64,000 nt of DNA from NCBI GenBank assembly GCA_030248215.1, contig JASANG010001409.1, positions 62,001 through 126,000 of the forward strand. The letters are read 5' to 3'. The DNA comes from Enoplolaimus lenunculus (taxonomy: Eukaryota). Below are positions 25,901 to 40,900 of the stretch, in pieces (positions within the stretch are counted from its first letter, which is position 1; the number at the start of each line of letters is the position of its first letter). The notes under the pieces are model-generated. The model was not told where the DNA came from. It saw only the letters and a list, made by a program, of their open reading frames with translations, and ran no database searches. Made by a program: the position numbers and the translations under genes.

Positions 25901-28900
25901 CGCCAACAAGCGAAATCGGTGGAGAGTACAAGGAATGGAGGTGTCCCGCAGCGATTAAAGATGTTTTGAAAGAGGAGATAAATGGGTCAGTATTTGTTTT
26001 GTACAGTGTATGTATATTAATATATACTAGACAGCCGGTTTTGCGCATTTTTAAGAATTCTTTGTAAACAAAGTAATGCTGGAAAGTTGCCCAAAATACG
26101 TATGTGGAGCATTGCAGCTTTAATATATAGATTTGTGGGGTGCATTTGATACTGCAAGAGTAGATGTTCACTCATTGACCAGAGTATGCAACTGAGAACA
26201 TTTCCTGTGCAAATGAATATGTCGTATGCCTATATGCTGTTCCTGTGAATTACTAATACGCCTAGGCTAATCTGCTATTTTACGTAATAGCAGCGTGGCC
26301 TGGGCTAAACTGCTATTGAACTTATGGACCAATCAGTTTTGATCATTTGGACAGACGCAATACCGTCAACCAATCAGCGTTGGTATTACATCACTGTTGT
26401 TTTGCTATATCTCACAATCGCAAATTGGCCTAGGCCCAACTGTTATTATGCTTAAAATAGCAGATTGGCCTAGGTTAATTGGTAATTGGCTTGGATAGCA
26501 GATTGGCCTGCGACAAATACACCAGCACGCGCTGCGTTTTGGCTTACTACACCAAATTAATGAAGGGGGTTGAAATTTGTTGCACAGGTAAATAAAATAC
26601 GTAGTATTGTAATGGTAAAAAAGTACTCTCGTTATGTTACCGAATTTTTAAGGTGTATTACATGTGACACCAACCTTATAAAAATAACTGATGTAGAGCA
26701 AAAACATAGCGCGGGGGGTACATGTTGTACCATGCAAATATAGACAAGTTGTATACTAATGGCTGCGTTTCTGAAACCTTACATAAATATTTACTTAAGT
26801 TACAATTAAGTAATTACTTAAGTCGTCGACTTTAGTAAATAGATAACTTTTTCAGAAAAAGCATATTACCGCCAAATGTGAGTCAGTGTCATAACAAGAA
26901 AGTCATTGTTTTGCTTTTATATTAAGAAGGCATCATGAGTGCACAAATTTATTTAAGCCAAAATTAGTATGCTTTGTCTGTTAATTTGTAATATATCAGA
27001 TTTAGTCAGTAATTCAAGTATTTACTCAACTGAAGTACGCTTTTAAAAACAACAAAATGATTAGCAATTGCTTAGCACATACTTAAGTAACAAATTGTAC
27101 TTTAGTATGTGCTAAGCAATTACTTCTTTCGTCGTGCTTAAGTATGGTTTTTGAAACCCAGCCATTTCGAATTAACATTAAATTTTTCTATTAGCGATTG
27201 TTTAAAAAATTATGGCGAAAATATAACTGAAATAAACATACCATATTCTTCAGGGAAAACCAAAACATCGAACGAATCTTTAACGTTCGCAGTCGAGCCG
27301 TGATGATAAACTAAATTTCGGTTGAAAATATCACGTTGACTGACCCGAAACGGCTTTTGAGTTTGATTTTGATGCCTGTATTCAAGTAGTCCGTGTTCGG
27401 GTAATCGAATAATTTCTAAAATCAACTCAGATTTGGTTATCATCGACAGGGGCGTAACGTTGAGATGGGTAGAATTTAAAGCAATACTTCCACCCGCAGG
27501 TAAATACACTGGAGACGCGAGGATGTATTCGGGTAAGTTGTTGCCATTTAGAGCCGCGTACGATATTACGATGTCAAATTGATGCTGGTCCGACAAGTTT
27601 TGAGTTGTAAATGACGATCCTTAAACGAAAAAATAAATATTTTAAAAGTTTTTAAAAAATATGACAGTTTGGCCCATGAATAGAACAGGGCCGGATCGTT
27701 CGCTGGAGGGGCTATAATAGAGTCAGTTTAAGCTTTAGACTAGCTTTTTTGCTTAGGCTTAGGCGTAGGCTTAGGCTTAGGAATAGGCTCATCCATACGC
27801 TTAGGCTTAGGTTTAGGTTTAGGCTTAGGCTTAGGCTTAGGAAAAGGCTCATCCATACGCTTAGGCTTAGGCTTAGGCTTAGGCTTAGGGTTAGGAATAG
27901 GCTCATCCATACGCTTAGGTTTAGGCTTAGGCTTAGGCTTAGGAATAGGCTCATCCATACGCTTAGGCTTAGGCTTAGGCTTAGGCTTAGGATTAGGAAT
28001 ATGCTTATACTACTGTTCCGGCCCTGTTCTATAGATGGGCCAATAGTTTTCTTAAAAATTGCTGTTTACCTTTACAGCCAGGCGGTTTCAGGGGTCTACT
28101 TCCAGCGATTTTTGTCTAAAAAGCTTTTGGTCAATTTTCAGCTGGCAACGCAAAAAATCTCCGTTTCAAAATTTTTATAGGACATTTTGGAAACGTTTCC
28201 ACAATCTCAGCTGCACATACGAACCGAAAATATATCCGTTTCCGGTATTTTGATTGAAGGTTAGAGCAATGTGTTATCGAGTCCTAATAAGTCTAAAGCT
28301 GTACAATTATGCAATTTGATGCATTTTTGGATTCAGTATGCTGCACCCTGCCCTATCAAGTCACCTGGTGTACGCATGATATTGTGGAAATTGCATTAAA
28401 TTTTGATGGAATAAAAATTTAAAATCCAGTTAGCCAATCACGTTTTACCGTCTGATGAAATATTGGCAGATATACGAAATTTAAACGAATCACGTGCGAT
28501 CCATTGTAAAACTGTTCGACTTTGCGTGTACGATACCCGAGATAAATTGATGTCAGCCTGTAAAAGTGGTTTAAAACGTTTCAAAGTTTAGTTTGAAATA
28601 AACTTTAAGACGTTTGGGTAAATGTATAGAACATGGTCGTAACAGTAGTATAAACACATTTGTAAGCCTAAACGTATGCGTATGAATAAGTTTATAACAA
28701 AGCTTATGCCTAAGCAGAAGATTGAGCTTATACGTAAACCTAAGCCTTAGCCTAAGCGTAAGCGTAAGAATGAACTTATACCTTAGCCTAAGCATAAGTG
28801 TAAGAATGAATTTATACCTTAACCTAAGCGTAAGCCTAAGAATGAGCTTATACCTAAGCCTAAACCTAAGTCTAAGCATAAAGTAGAGCTTATGCGTATG

Positions 28901-31900
28901 CCTAAGTCGAAGCCTTATCCCTAAGGCAAACTGTGTCTATAGCTTAAGCTTACTCTATTGAAGTCCCACCAGAAAATGTTTCTACCCCTGATCTTTACAT
29001 GGGCCAGCGGTTGTTTAAATAATATGCGCCGAAATCCCAAATACATGCAGATACTTAGTTCGACAGCGGATCTAAACCAAAGACTAAATCAAGGCTAGCA
29101 CCTAACGCCTTACACTAAACGAGAGATTTAACAAGAGACTAAAGACTCCGTCCAAGCGTAACACGAGGTAAATGCATTCTGTACACCTGCGTACCATCCG
29201 AGGACCATTTCTAAGCTGCGTATAGTACTTATCGCCTGATAGGGTTTGAGACTAAGAAACTCCTGCAGTTGCTGTTGCAGATTTCAAAATACGCACACCA
29301 GTAGGGCGAATCAAATCTGAAAAATGTGCTAATTTTCGAAACTTTACCAATCACTGATTTGAATGTTTACAAGACCTAAAACGTGCAACATACATATTTG
29401 AGAATAAAATTACTGAATTTAGAGAAGAAACTGCCAAATTTCTCAATAGTCATAGCTTACAGCGTTTGCAGCATCAAATATCTGTACAAAAGTATGGATT
29501 TCCGCATGAGAGGTACTTAAAAGACAGTTTATTCCTAAATTCAGTCAGATTCGTCTTTTTTGCTGGAGAATTTATAATTGTGAGCATTAATTGCCTCTAT
29601 AGACTGCGTTTCTAAAGGTTTCGTCACTGTAAATTCCAATGAGTTGATTAATCAATTTAGCTAGCGAGTTGGTTATTTTTTAATTAATATCAGTTAACAT
29701 TAACTCACTCTGAGTTGAGTTGATTCTTTACTCTGAATTGAGCTGACTCTGGGAGAGTTGCTTAACTTATAATGAATTGAATCAACTTAAAATTCTGAGT
29801 TCCGATAGTCCTAACTCAGACTGAGTGATTGAACTCATTCTGAGTTAAAATCAACTCACTCAAATTTACAGTGTTGTGAAGCAGGGTGCAATCGAAGATC
29901 TGCCTCCGGATCTGGTATTTTTCACCTCCGGTTGTACCCTGTTGTTGTACAGTTAACTAACCTGTGTAAATTGAGTCGCATGTGAGCTTGACCCTTCAAC
30001 GAGTAAGTATCCTTGTCGAGGGGCGTTCACCACTGAGAAAATAATTTGTTCAGGTGGTGTATTTGACACTTGAGCCAGTAAAATGTCTCGGGTGATAAAC
30101 GCTGTACTCGACGGTGCAATGATCAACGGATCATTGTGTTCAATCGATGCTCTAAAAATTATTTTAAAATTAAAGTTTTTGGTTTTATATTTTTAAAACT
30201 TAGCAAAATCAAGAGTGGATAATCGCTATTTAACAAGAGTGTGCAACTGGGTACATTCTGAGTGGAAAAGAATGTACCCGGCACGCGTTTTCGTGTTTGC
30301 CCTACCGCTCCTCTTTATTTAGAGGGGGTACAACTGGTGCGAACCACGGCATTTTATGTATCCGGCAACAAAAATTGCTCCGCTTATAGTTTAATTTACG
30401 GTTATTGCATGTGACAACGACCCCCTCTAAACAAAGGGGGGTCGGCCAAAAACGCAACGCCTGCTGGTACATTTTGTACCATGCGGACTCCAAAGAGTTG
30501 CACACTCTTGTATTATGCACTCTTGGTAAAATTGATATATTCGTTTAATGGTTTCAAAAATCAAGAAGTTCAAAATAACAGTTGGATTCGGATGGCCGGA
30601 TTCATTCGAATATGCGATGAACGCAACAGATGTAGTGGCACATATACATTTTGTTACTCAAGTTAAAGTAACTAATTTTTGCCTAATTTTATAGGTATAG
30701 GCTTATCAATACGCTTAGGTTTAGATTAGCCATAGGCTTAGGTTTGGTATAGGCTTATCAATACGCTTAGGCTTAGGTTAGCCATAGGCTTAGGTTTGGT
30801 ATAGGCTTATCAATACGCTTAGGCTTAGGTTAGCCATAGGCTTAGGTTTGGTATAGGCTTATCAATACGCTTAGGCTTAGGTTAGCCATAGGCTTAGGTT
30901 TGGTATAGGCTTATCAATACGCTTAGGCTTAGGTTAGCCATAGGCTTAGGTTTGGGTGTAGGCTTATCAATACGCTTAGGTTTAGATTAGCCATAGGCTT
31001 AGGTTTGGTATAGGCTTATAAATACTCTTAGGTTTAGATTAGCAATAGGCTTAGGTTGCAATCGCCTTACCAATACCCGTTTGTAGCTCGCTTAGGCTTA
31101 GGTCTTAGCGCTTCTACCCCCCTAGGCTTAGGTTTGGTATAGGCTTATCAATACGCTTAGGTTTAGATTAGCCATAGGCTTAGGTTTGGTATAGGCTTAT
31201 CAATACGCTTAGGCTTAGGTTAGCCATAGGCTTAGGTTTGGTATAGGCTTATCAATGCGCTTAGGCTTAGGTTAGGCATAGGCTTAGGTTTGGGTGTAGG
31301 CTTATCAATACGCTTAGGTTTAGATTAGCCATAGGCTTAGGTTTGGTATAGGCTTATCAATACGCTTAGGCTTAGGTTAGCCATAGGCTTAGGTTTGGTA
31401 TAGGCTTATCAATGCGCTTAGGCTTAGGCTGGCATAGGCTTAGGTTTGGTTAGGCTTACAAACGCGGGAGCATAGGCTTAGGTTTGGTATAGGCTTATCA
31501 ATACGCTTAGGTTTAGATTAGCCATAGGCTTAGGTTTGGTATAGGCTTATCAATACGCTTAGGCTTAGGTTAGCCATAGGCTTAGGTTTGGTATAGGCTT
31601 ATCAATGCGCTTAGGCTTAGGTTAGGCATAGGCTTAGGTTTGGGTGTAGGCTTATCAATACGCTTAGGTTTAGATTAGCCATAGGCTTAGGTTTGGTATA
31701 GGCTTATCAATACGCTTAGGCTTAGGTTAGCCATAGGCTTAGGTTTGGTATAGGCTTATCAATACGCTTAGGCTTAGGTTAGCCATAGGCTTAGGTTTGG
31801 TATAGGCTTATCAATACGCTTAGGCTTAGGTTAGCCATAGGCTTAGGTTTGGTATAGGCTTATCAATACGCTTAGGCTTAGCCATAGGCTTAGGGGTATA

Positions 31901-34900
31901 GGCTTATCAATACGCTTAGGCTTAGGTTTGGTATAGGCTTGGTAGGCTTATCAATACGCTTAGGCTTAGGTTAGCCATAGGCTTAGGTTTGGTATAGGCT
32001 TATCAATACGCTTAGGCTTAGGTTAGCCATAGGCTTAGGTTTGGTATAGGCTTATCAATACGCTTAGGCTTAGGTTAGCCATAGGCTTAGGTTTGGTATA
32101 GGCTTATCAATACGCTTACGCTTAGGTTAGGCTTAGGTTTAATTATAGGCTTATCAATGCCCTTAGGCTTAAACTAGGCTTAGGCTTACGTTTAAGTATA
32201 GGCTTATCAATACGGTTAGACTGAGGTTAGGCATAAGCTTAGGTTTAGGTATAGGCTTATCAATACGCCAGGCTCAAATTAGGTTTAAGCTTATGCTTTA
32301 CTGTTACGGTTAGCATAAAACCTCTGCGACATCGTCTTGACCAGCGAGAAATTCTGTAGAGAGAGAGAAGAAAATTCCGTGAAATAACACCAGTTTCGTT
32401 TTAGACAGGCAGGAAAGAAATTTTTTTCTTTAGAATTTATGATTTTCAGATATCGAAATAATTTCACCTCAAAGAAAAAATTGACGGCAAATGTTAGACG
32501 TGTCTTCAAATTTAGAAACTAATTTTTGCTATGAAAATATACATTTTTTGTTAGAATTTCACATCGTTTCCGGAAAACTAAGGAAAGTTTGTTTATATTT
32601 TTCAAGTATACTTAAGAATGTGGGATTGCAGCGTATTTCCGGCGTCGGAAAAATAGGTTCACAAAAAATGTTGGAAGCAAAACTAAAAACTGCTAAATTA
32701 GGAGTCGAATTCAGGGTATATTTGTCGCCTTTATTCCAGGTCCGTAGCCAGCACACCTTGCTGGGTTCGAAAAATTATTCAAACGGGGCATTCAAGGGTT
32801 GTCAATGAGTTACAAGGAACGTTGAAAACTTTCTAGGCGGGGTCCAAAATTTGCCAAGGGGAGGAGTTGAGCCCCTCTGCCCCCCCGCCCATGGTTACGG
32901 GCCGGTTTTTTTCTGAAAAAACTGTTAACCAACAAGTTGCACTTGACTCGATTTTCAGCTTTTGAAACGTACTCGATAGGATTCGAAGTAACACTGAAGT
33001 ACTGAGACTGTAAATGATGTTTTCCATCAAATACCACAAACGTGAATCCAGCATCAGAAACGTCTAAAACACCAGTTCAAGTTCAATGTTTGGCCCATGT
33101 AAAGATCAGGGCCGAAACGTTTTTCTGTGGGACCAAAATAGAACTAAGCTTAACGTTTAGACTAATTTGTTTGCTTGGCTTAGGAAAATGCTCATTTTTA
33201 CGCTACGGCTTAGGATAAGGCTTAGGTTTAGGCTAAGGAATATGCTTATAATACTGTTTCGCCCCTATTCATTACACTGGCCCAAAGTTTAAACAACACG
33301 AAAGTGGACACAAACTTGCTAACCCTACGTTTTGGAACCCGAGCTCTAAATTTAAAAATTATCGCAGAAATGAAATCTTCTCTCTATAATTTTCAAGGGT
33401 CCCTTAATAGGCGAGAATGCTTTAAGCAGTGCCGGCGGAAGCGCTCTCAACCCAATTAAGGAGCCGCCGGCCTTTAGGGACTCATCTTGGAAAATTAAAA
33501 TTTGTTTCGAGAATCACGAAGTTATAGAGCTGTGAAAGATTTAAGTTGGAGGCAACTCCGACCTGTTTGAGAGGCGACTATCCTAACTCCGGCCCTTAGA
33601 CCTATGCTTATATTCATGATTCAATAATTATTTCAGTAAAATGAACGCACAAATAGTAGGGGCATGTATTCTCAACTGTATGTAACACCTATTTCCAATT
33701 CAGGCCCGTAGCCAGCTCACCTTGCTAGGGGGCGCTAAAAATTTTTCAGGAGGCGCACTCAAGAGTTTTTAATGACTTGCAAGCAAAGTTGAAAATTTTC
33801 CAGGTGGGGCCAAAATTTTTCCGGGGGGGGGACGGGCTCCCTACTGTGAACTACTATTTCAGCGCTACGAAGTTGCCGTAGTATCGGTTGAAAGCGTTGC
33901 TTATACCACCGGTTATACACTTGTTGCATGTATTTATTCAAAACTGTTAACATAAATTTGAAATTTTTTAGCAAAATTGAATAGCTTGGCCTCATATATA
34001 CTGTAAATTGCATTGAGTTATATAATCAACTTGGACGGAAAGTTAGTTATTTCTGAGTTTAATAACAGTAAATTTTAACTCACTCTGAGTTGAATTTATT
34101 CTCACTTTGAATGGAGTTGATTCCGGGGAAGTTTGTTAATTAAATCAGAATGAGTCGAATCAACTCAAAATTTTGAGTTCAGTAGTCTTTACTCACATTG
34201 AGTAATTTAACTCATTCAGAGTTATAGTCAACTCACTCGAATTTACAGTATAGTGCTTAATTAGCAAAATTTCAATTTAAAAATTGGACCAGAAAATGAT
34301 TTGAAATCGGACAACTTGGGGTCGTTGTTATAACAAAACACTGATTTCAAACGTCATAAAGTAAGACATACAATTATTTAGTCTGTGTACTACGGTACTA
34401 CACAAATTGATTCCAATCCGACTCCGCCAAAGTCAAATTAAACTCACTGAGTCGATCGTTTGACTCTGGCGGATTCGAATTTGACTCAGTTTGCGAAGTT
34501 CCGTTGAGCCTATTTTGGAGAGAGTCAATTTGACTCACTATTTTTGCAGTGTATAAGTCAATTTATCTCAGCAAACATTTAATTAATATCTAAAATATAT
34601 AGTTTCAAGTTTCAAAGCTCATAGCGAAAATGATCACCTTGGGTAAGATACTGTTCTGTCAGTTCAGGTAGGAACAGGGACTTCAGACCTTTCAAGTAAG
34701 CAGCTGAAAAAGCGGGCGTCCGGAGCGGGGATCGAACTCTCAGCCGACGGATCGTTAAGCGAATACTCTACCACTGCGCCACGCAGCCCGCCTCTTCAAC
34801 TGCATTTTTCGTCGACTATATGTATCGACCGGATGCTACCAGCTAGCATACGTACAGTGCACTGAACTATATTGCATTTGCACATAACTGACAAGCATGT

Positions 34901-37900
34901 CTCACAAGCTTATATGTTCGAATTCACTCCACTAACCTTGAACTACATTCAACACAAACACTACACGGCCTTTATTAATATCTTCTTGTGTAAACTTTGA
35001 AATAGATTCAGTTGAATCCTCTTTAAACGCGACGTATCCTGAGGTTCCTGTAAAAAATTCAAATTATCAAAGCTTTTTTTAAATCTGAGCCCAACGCAAT
35101 TACTGATAAGCTCCGGTTATCCCGGATTCTGTGTGGGGAATGAACTGCAACCGTTTGCCGCATAAAGACGTCCTGTTTCATCGGACCATGTATAGAACAG
35201 GGCCGGAACAGTAGTATAAACATATCCCTAAGCCTAAGCCTAAGCCTAAGCGTATGGATGAGCCTATTCTTAAGCCTAAGCCTAAGCCTAACCGTATGGA
35301 TGAGCATATTCCTAAGCCTAAGCCTAAGCCTACGCCTAAGCCTAAGCCTCAGCCTAAGCCTAAGCCTAAGCGTATGGATGAGCCTATTCTTAAGCCTAAG
35401 CCTAAGCCTAAGCCTAACCGTATGGATGAGCCTATTCCTAAGCCTAAGCCTAAGCCTAAGCCTACGCCTAAGCCTAAGCCTCAGCCTAAGCCTAAGCCTA
35501 AGCCTAAGCGTATGGATGAGCCTATTCTTAAGCCTAAGCCTAAGGTTAAGCCTAACCGTATGGATGAGCCTATTCCTAAGCCTAAGCCTAAGCCTAAGCC
35601 TACGCCTAAGCCTAAGCCTCAGCCTAAGCCTAAGCCTAAGCCTAAGCGTATGGATGAGCCTATTCTTAAGCCTAAGCCTAAGCCTAAGCCTAACCGTATG
35701 GATGAGCCTATTCCTAAGCCTAAGCCTAAGCCTAAGCCTACGCCTAAGCCTCAGCCTAAGCCTAAGCTTAAGCCTAAGCGTATGGATGAGCCTATTCCTA
35801 AGCCTAAGCCTAAGCCTAAGCCTCAGCCTAAGCTTAAGCCTAAGCCTAAGCGTATGGATGAGCCTATTCCTAAGCCTAAGCCCAAGCCTAAGCCTGAGCG
35901 TAAGCAAAAAAATTAGTCTAAAGCTTAAACTGACTCTATTACAGCCCCTCCGGAAAACGATCCGGCCCTTTTCTATGCATTGGCCGTTTCATCTGGGACC
36001 CAATTTCAATCCACGAATCGGCGCTTCGGGCTTTCGGATGGCAAGCGCTTGCTATCTTGCCGCTAGAGTCTGAGGAGGCTCTCAAGTCTGTGGAGATTTT
36101 GTACTGCGCATACACGTAAATGGTTTTAAGCACAACAGCGCGTTATGTATTTGAGCGCACGAAGTTTGCCATATGTTGCTCCTAGTCAACTGTAAATTTC
36201 AGTGAGTTGATTTTGACGCAGAATGAGTTCAATTACTCAGTCTGAATTAGGACTATTAGAACTCTGAATTTTGAGTTGATTCAATTGATTCTGTGTTAAT
36301 TAATCAACGCACCCAGAGTCAAATCAACTCGGCGTAAGAATCAACTCAACTGAGAGTAAGTGAATGTTTTAGTGATAATAATTAAAAAACAACCAACTCG
36401 CTAGCTGAATTGATTAATCAGCTCATTGGAATTTACAGTGTATGCTTCTATGCGGGAAGCGGTAAATTATCACACATTTCACAGTTGACTATCATAAACT
36501 TGACGTGTGAAATTGCACATAAAGTCACAACCTGCAAGCATTCCAAGTTATAACAATTTGAACGATTCTACGAACAGTTAAAGAGTTGACGAAAAAATCA
36601 ACAAGCACACTTGCAACGTACACTTAAAAAACTGGTGAGTCAAATTGACTCTCTCCGAAATAGGCTCTACACTCAGAAAACAATTTCTGATATTCTAGAA
36701 ATATTTTACTACACAAACTGAGTCAAATTCGACTCCGCCATAGTCAAATGTGGGACTGTCAGTGAGTTAAATTTGACTCTGGCGGACTCGAATTTTGACT
36801 CACATTGTGTAGTGGGGAAAAGCCTATTTCGGAGAGAATGAATTTGACTCACCATTTTTTGCAGTGTAAGTAAAACAGCCATTTTCTTAAAAGCCAAATT
36901 TTGCAAAATTGAGTACCTCTTTATTTAAATTTTAAAAGATATTAATTTGTTATTATTTTAGTTGATAAGAACTCATGTTTCAATTTGTCTAAAAACTTTT
37001 CGTTGAAATCATAAATTTACTGCTAAGTTCTCTCAAATTTGAATCACCGGTTATAGGCGAATTCTTTTTTGGTCGTTGCAAAATTGACATAATTTCAACT
37101 CAATGGAGGTTTCCCAGGTCATCCTTTCGAAACATTTCTGCTTGACAAAAAAGGTCTGGATCCGAGCCCAAAAACCGCCAAAAATGCTTAAACAAGTTAC
37201 ATTACGGCTGGTTCTTAGATCCCTGTAGACTGTAAATTTTAGTGAGTTGATTTTAACTCAGAATGAGTTCAATCATTCAGTCTGAGTTAGGACTATCAGA
37301 ACTCGAAATTTTGAATTGATTCAATCCATCCTGAGTTAATTAACCAACTCACCCAGAGTCAACTCCACTCAGAGTGAGTTAATAGGTATTAATTCAGAAA
37401 TAACCAACTCGCTAGCTGAATTGACTAATCAACTCATTGGAATTTACAGTGTAAACGGTTTATACCTGCAGTGATTAAGAACAGCAATTCACTGTCAGAT
37501 GTATCGATATCGGCCACTTCAAGGTTAGACGCTGTAATCGAAGTAACACGTCGCTGCCACGTTTCCAACGGTTTATTGCGAACAATTTCTGGTTCTGCAA
37601 CAAAATTTGATTAACAAAATTACAAACAAACCGGTGGTATGTTGGTCCGTAGAAGGCTGTAAAGGCCGGATATCCACAATTTTTAGGGCTGTACTAAACG
37701 ATAAAAGATTACGCCTAGCATCCGATCAATCAGGGGGTCATTGCCGAACTTAAGCGGGGGGGTTCGCCCACAGATGGATATTGAGAAATTTTTGAAAACG
37801 AGTACCGCACTGTATATACTAGTGAAAAATGTTCGCAATCGACGCGAACAAGAAGCCAGACGCAATTTTAGTACTAATTATTTACTCAAAATTTTAGATT

Positions 37901-40900
37901 TATTTTCTCTTAAGGAAGCTTAGGTGTAAGCGAGGCCGCTTGGATCCGCAGGTGAATACGACACCAGTGCTTTCATATCAAAATTCGGACCTCAATTGAA
38001 AAAGTTCTGACCCTCACGCAACCATGTTAAATATTTTTGAAATATCCTACATGTAGGGGCTACGGACATGCTATGCAATCCAAGCAACGCGTTCCTTAAA
38101 CATAGTCTTATTCAGTGTTTTAGATGCGTAAAGTCCTGTTCACACGTGCAAGTGTTTGCTGCGAGACCTTGCAACTGCAACGTTCACTTGCAAGTATTTT
38201 CCAAAATCCTGTTTGAAAAAGTTGCAGCTGCAAATAGTTCATTAAAAACCATAGCTAGGAATTTAGTTCACATGTGTGAATAATCATGCAAGTTCACTGA
38301 ATTTATTGCAGCCGCTTTATCATTGGCTGATGAAAAAATGCCAAGTTCTGCGTGCAATTTGCAGCTGCACGTTCTCGCAACAAAAACTTGCACTTGTGAA
38401 TATGGCTTAACAGTAGTCTAAACATATTCCAAAGCCAAAGTCTATGCGTCAAGGTAAAAAATCGCTCAAAACCTAAACCTAAGGCTAAGCAATAAAAATG
38501 TGTGTATAAGTCGACGCCTACTCGACTGCAGTCGTGGGACAAAACTGGACGGCCCAACAAATAATAATGGCTCATGTTTCAACTCACGTTGAATATTCAT
38601 ATGCTCAATGATGACTAAAACTCGTTGGGGTGCGCTTTGTAAATTTTCATCTAAAAGCCGGGCGACCAATTGAAATTCATCACTCCAAGTTGGAGTTCCG
38701 TCATGAACGTAGAAAATATGGCCAAAGTTCATATCGTCATTTGTGAACGAGACCGCTTGTTCAGGAGCTGAAATTTGAAAATTTTAAAATTTAAATTAAT
38801 CAACAGTCCAAAACATGTGTGTTCACTCAGCAATTTGACATCCTGTTCTTAGCAAAACGGGGCCAATGTATAGAACAGAGCTGCTACAGTAATATAAGCA
38901 TATTCCTGAGCCTAAGAATAAGCCTAAGCCTAAGCGTATAAATTAGCTTATACCTAAGCCTAAGCAAAATAGTATAAGCCTAAGTCTAAGGAAAATTATA
39001 GTCGAAAGCTTCAGCTCATTCTATTGAAATCCCGCAGAAAAACGTTCCGTCCCTGATCTTTAAAGCAAAAATATAGTCCAAAGCTTAAGCTCACTCTATT
39101 GAAATCCCACAGAAAAACGTTCCGACCCTGATCTTTACATGGGCGGCAAAACTAACAGAAGTGAACTGCGATATCAGTGGTCATAACAAAAATCTACTAA
39201 CCTTATAATCTCACAATTACCGGGTTCTAAAATACAAGACTTATCACAAACTGGTCATACATGTCACCAAGAGCGGATATGATGACTCTACGGACAAGAG
39301 TAGGCAACTTCGTCACTATTGCGTAGTATGAAATGTACCAGCGCGCGTTCCGTTTTTGCCCGACCCCCCTCATTTACGGAGGTACCCAGCAGTATCAGGT
39401 TAGACCGCATGCGGCGGCCCCACTCCGGCTTATCTAGCGAGCCGCGAAGAAATTTTTCATAGCAACCCCATGGGGCCCCAACGAACCCTCTTGCGCCACC
39501 TGCCCCACGAAAATAGCAGTTATATGAGAAAACGTTAACAACAGCATTTCAGCGATATTTATGTTGATTATTTGCATATTTTTATGCATTTAGGCGAAAA
39601 CGCAACACACGTTTGGCAGATTGTTTTCTACACAGAATGTAACCAGTTGCACACTCTTTACCAGAGTGATTACTCACTCAAGGTGTTCATAACATTGGAG
39701 ACTGTGAGTTTAGTTGTTTCACAAAAATTGTCTATTTTACTAAATTCAGCACCGTATGTTTGGCAAAACCAAATTCGTTTTCTAATTACTAGAATGAGCC
39801 TAAAAGTTTCATGCCACAAGACGGGCCAAAGTTGTAACTTCGAAGGATTGCGATTAACCCGACACTTGAGCACGAGTCCGCAGCAAAGCTCACCAAAATT
39901 CGTCCTGGTTTCAATCCAACCATGCTCCGGTTGAGCGACAATTTCAAACGTGAATTCAGGTGCCAAGTAATACGAGCACGACGCTTCGAGCAGTCTTGAG
40001 TCAATTCGATAATCTTGTCCAACAAACAACGTTATGTTATCTTTGATTCGGAGTTGAATTCGATTTTCAACCACACGAATGTTAACTGTTACATTTTCAA
40101 CACAAGTTGAATCTAAAGTTCAACGTAAACAACGAATTTGACTTAAAGAGATGTATGCTAGTAACATAAGCATATTTTAACGAGGTTAATTTGGTAAAGT
40201 TAACATTTACTTATTAACAGAAATATTTATCTTTCACACATTTAAGCTATAACCCTGTTGGACCTTGGCTAGCAAAGCCAGTGATAGGAGAGCAAAATAT
40301 TCAGTGGCTGGGATCCCAAAACTCTACTACAGTACGACTTAGTACTTAAGTACGTGTAAAGTAATTACTTAACCGTTTTGTTGTTTTTAAGAGCGAACTT
40401 AAGTTAGGTAAATACTGAAGTCATTGACTAAGTTTGATAGATTACAAATTTACCATTCAGGCATACTAACTTTCGTCAAATTGAAATAGTAGTAAACTTT
40501 TGGTCCCTCTTCAATATAAAGCGAAACTATTACTTTCTTGTTCTGACAATGGCTAACAGTTAGCGTTTTTTGTTTTTGTTCGAAAATTTAAGTATTTTAC
40601 TACAGTCGGTGACTTAAGTTATTTCTTAAGTATAACATAAGCAAATACTTAAGTAAGATTTCAGAAACCCAGCCAATATTTTGTACGCATTTTTCAACTG
40701 TTTCGTTTTGATTAATAAAAACTTACTATCACTAAACTGACAATAGGTGCTAAACGCATTTCAGAATACTACAGTGACTTGAATAAGAGGTAGGGTAATA
40801 AGAGGGGGTTCCATTTTATGTCCCAAATAAATAGAAGTCCGTACCCCTAATCAAAGTTCGTTAACGGATAGAGTCCCTAAACCCTAATTGAAGCCCATAA

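Noticed and set aside
30695..32295. Repeat-spacer pattern as CRISPR, or as a true chromosome end
   Set aside because: The spacers are identical rather than unique, and the array lies inside an intron of a gene whose frame continues on both sides.
35059..36073. Long ORFs of LRLRLR / PKPKPK / LSLSLS (also at ~11323, 17670, 20415, 27712-28180, 28571)
   Set aside because: They are translations of in-register TTAGGC hexamer arrays inside intronic or intergenic MITEs, with no domain content.
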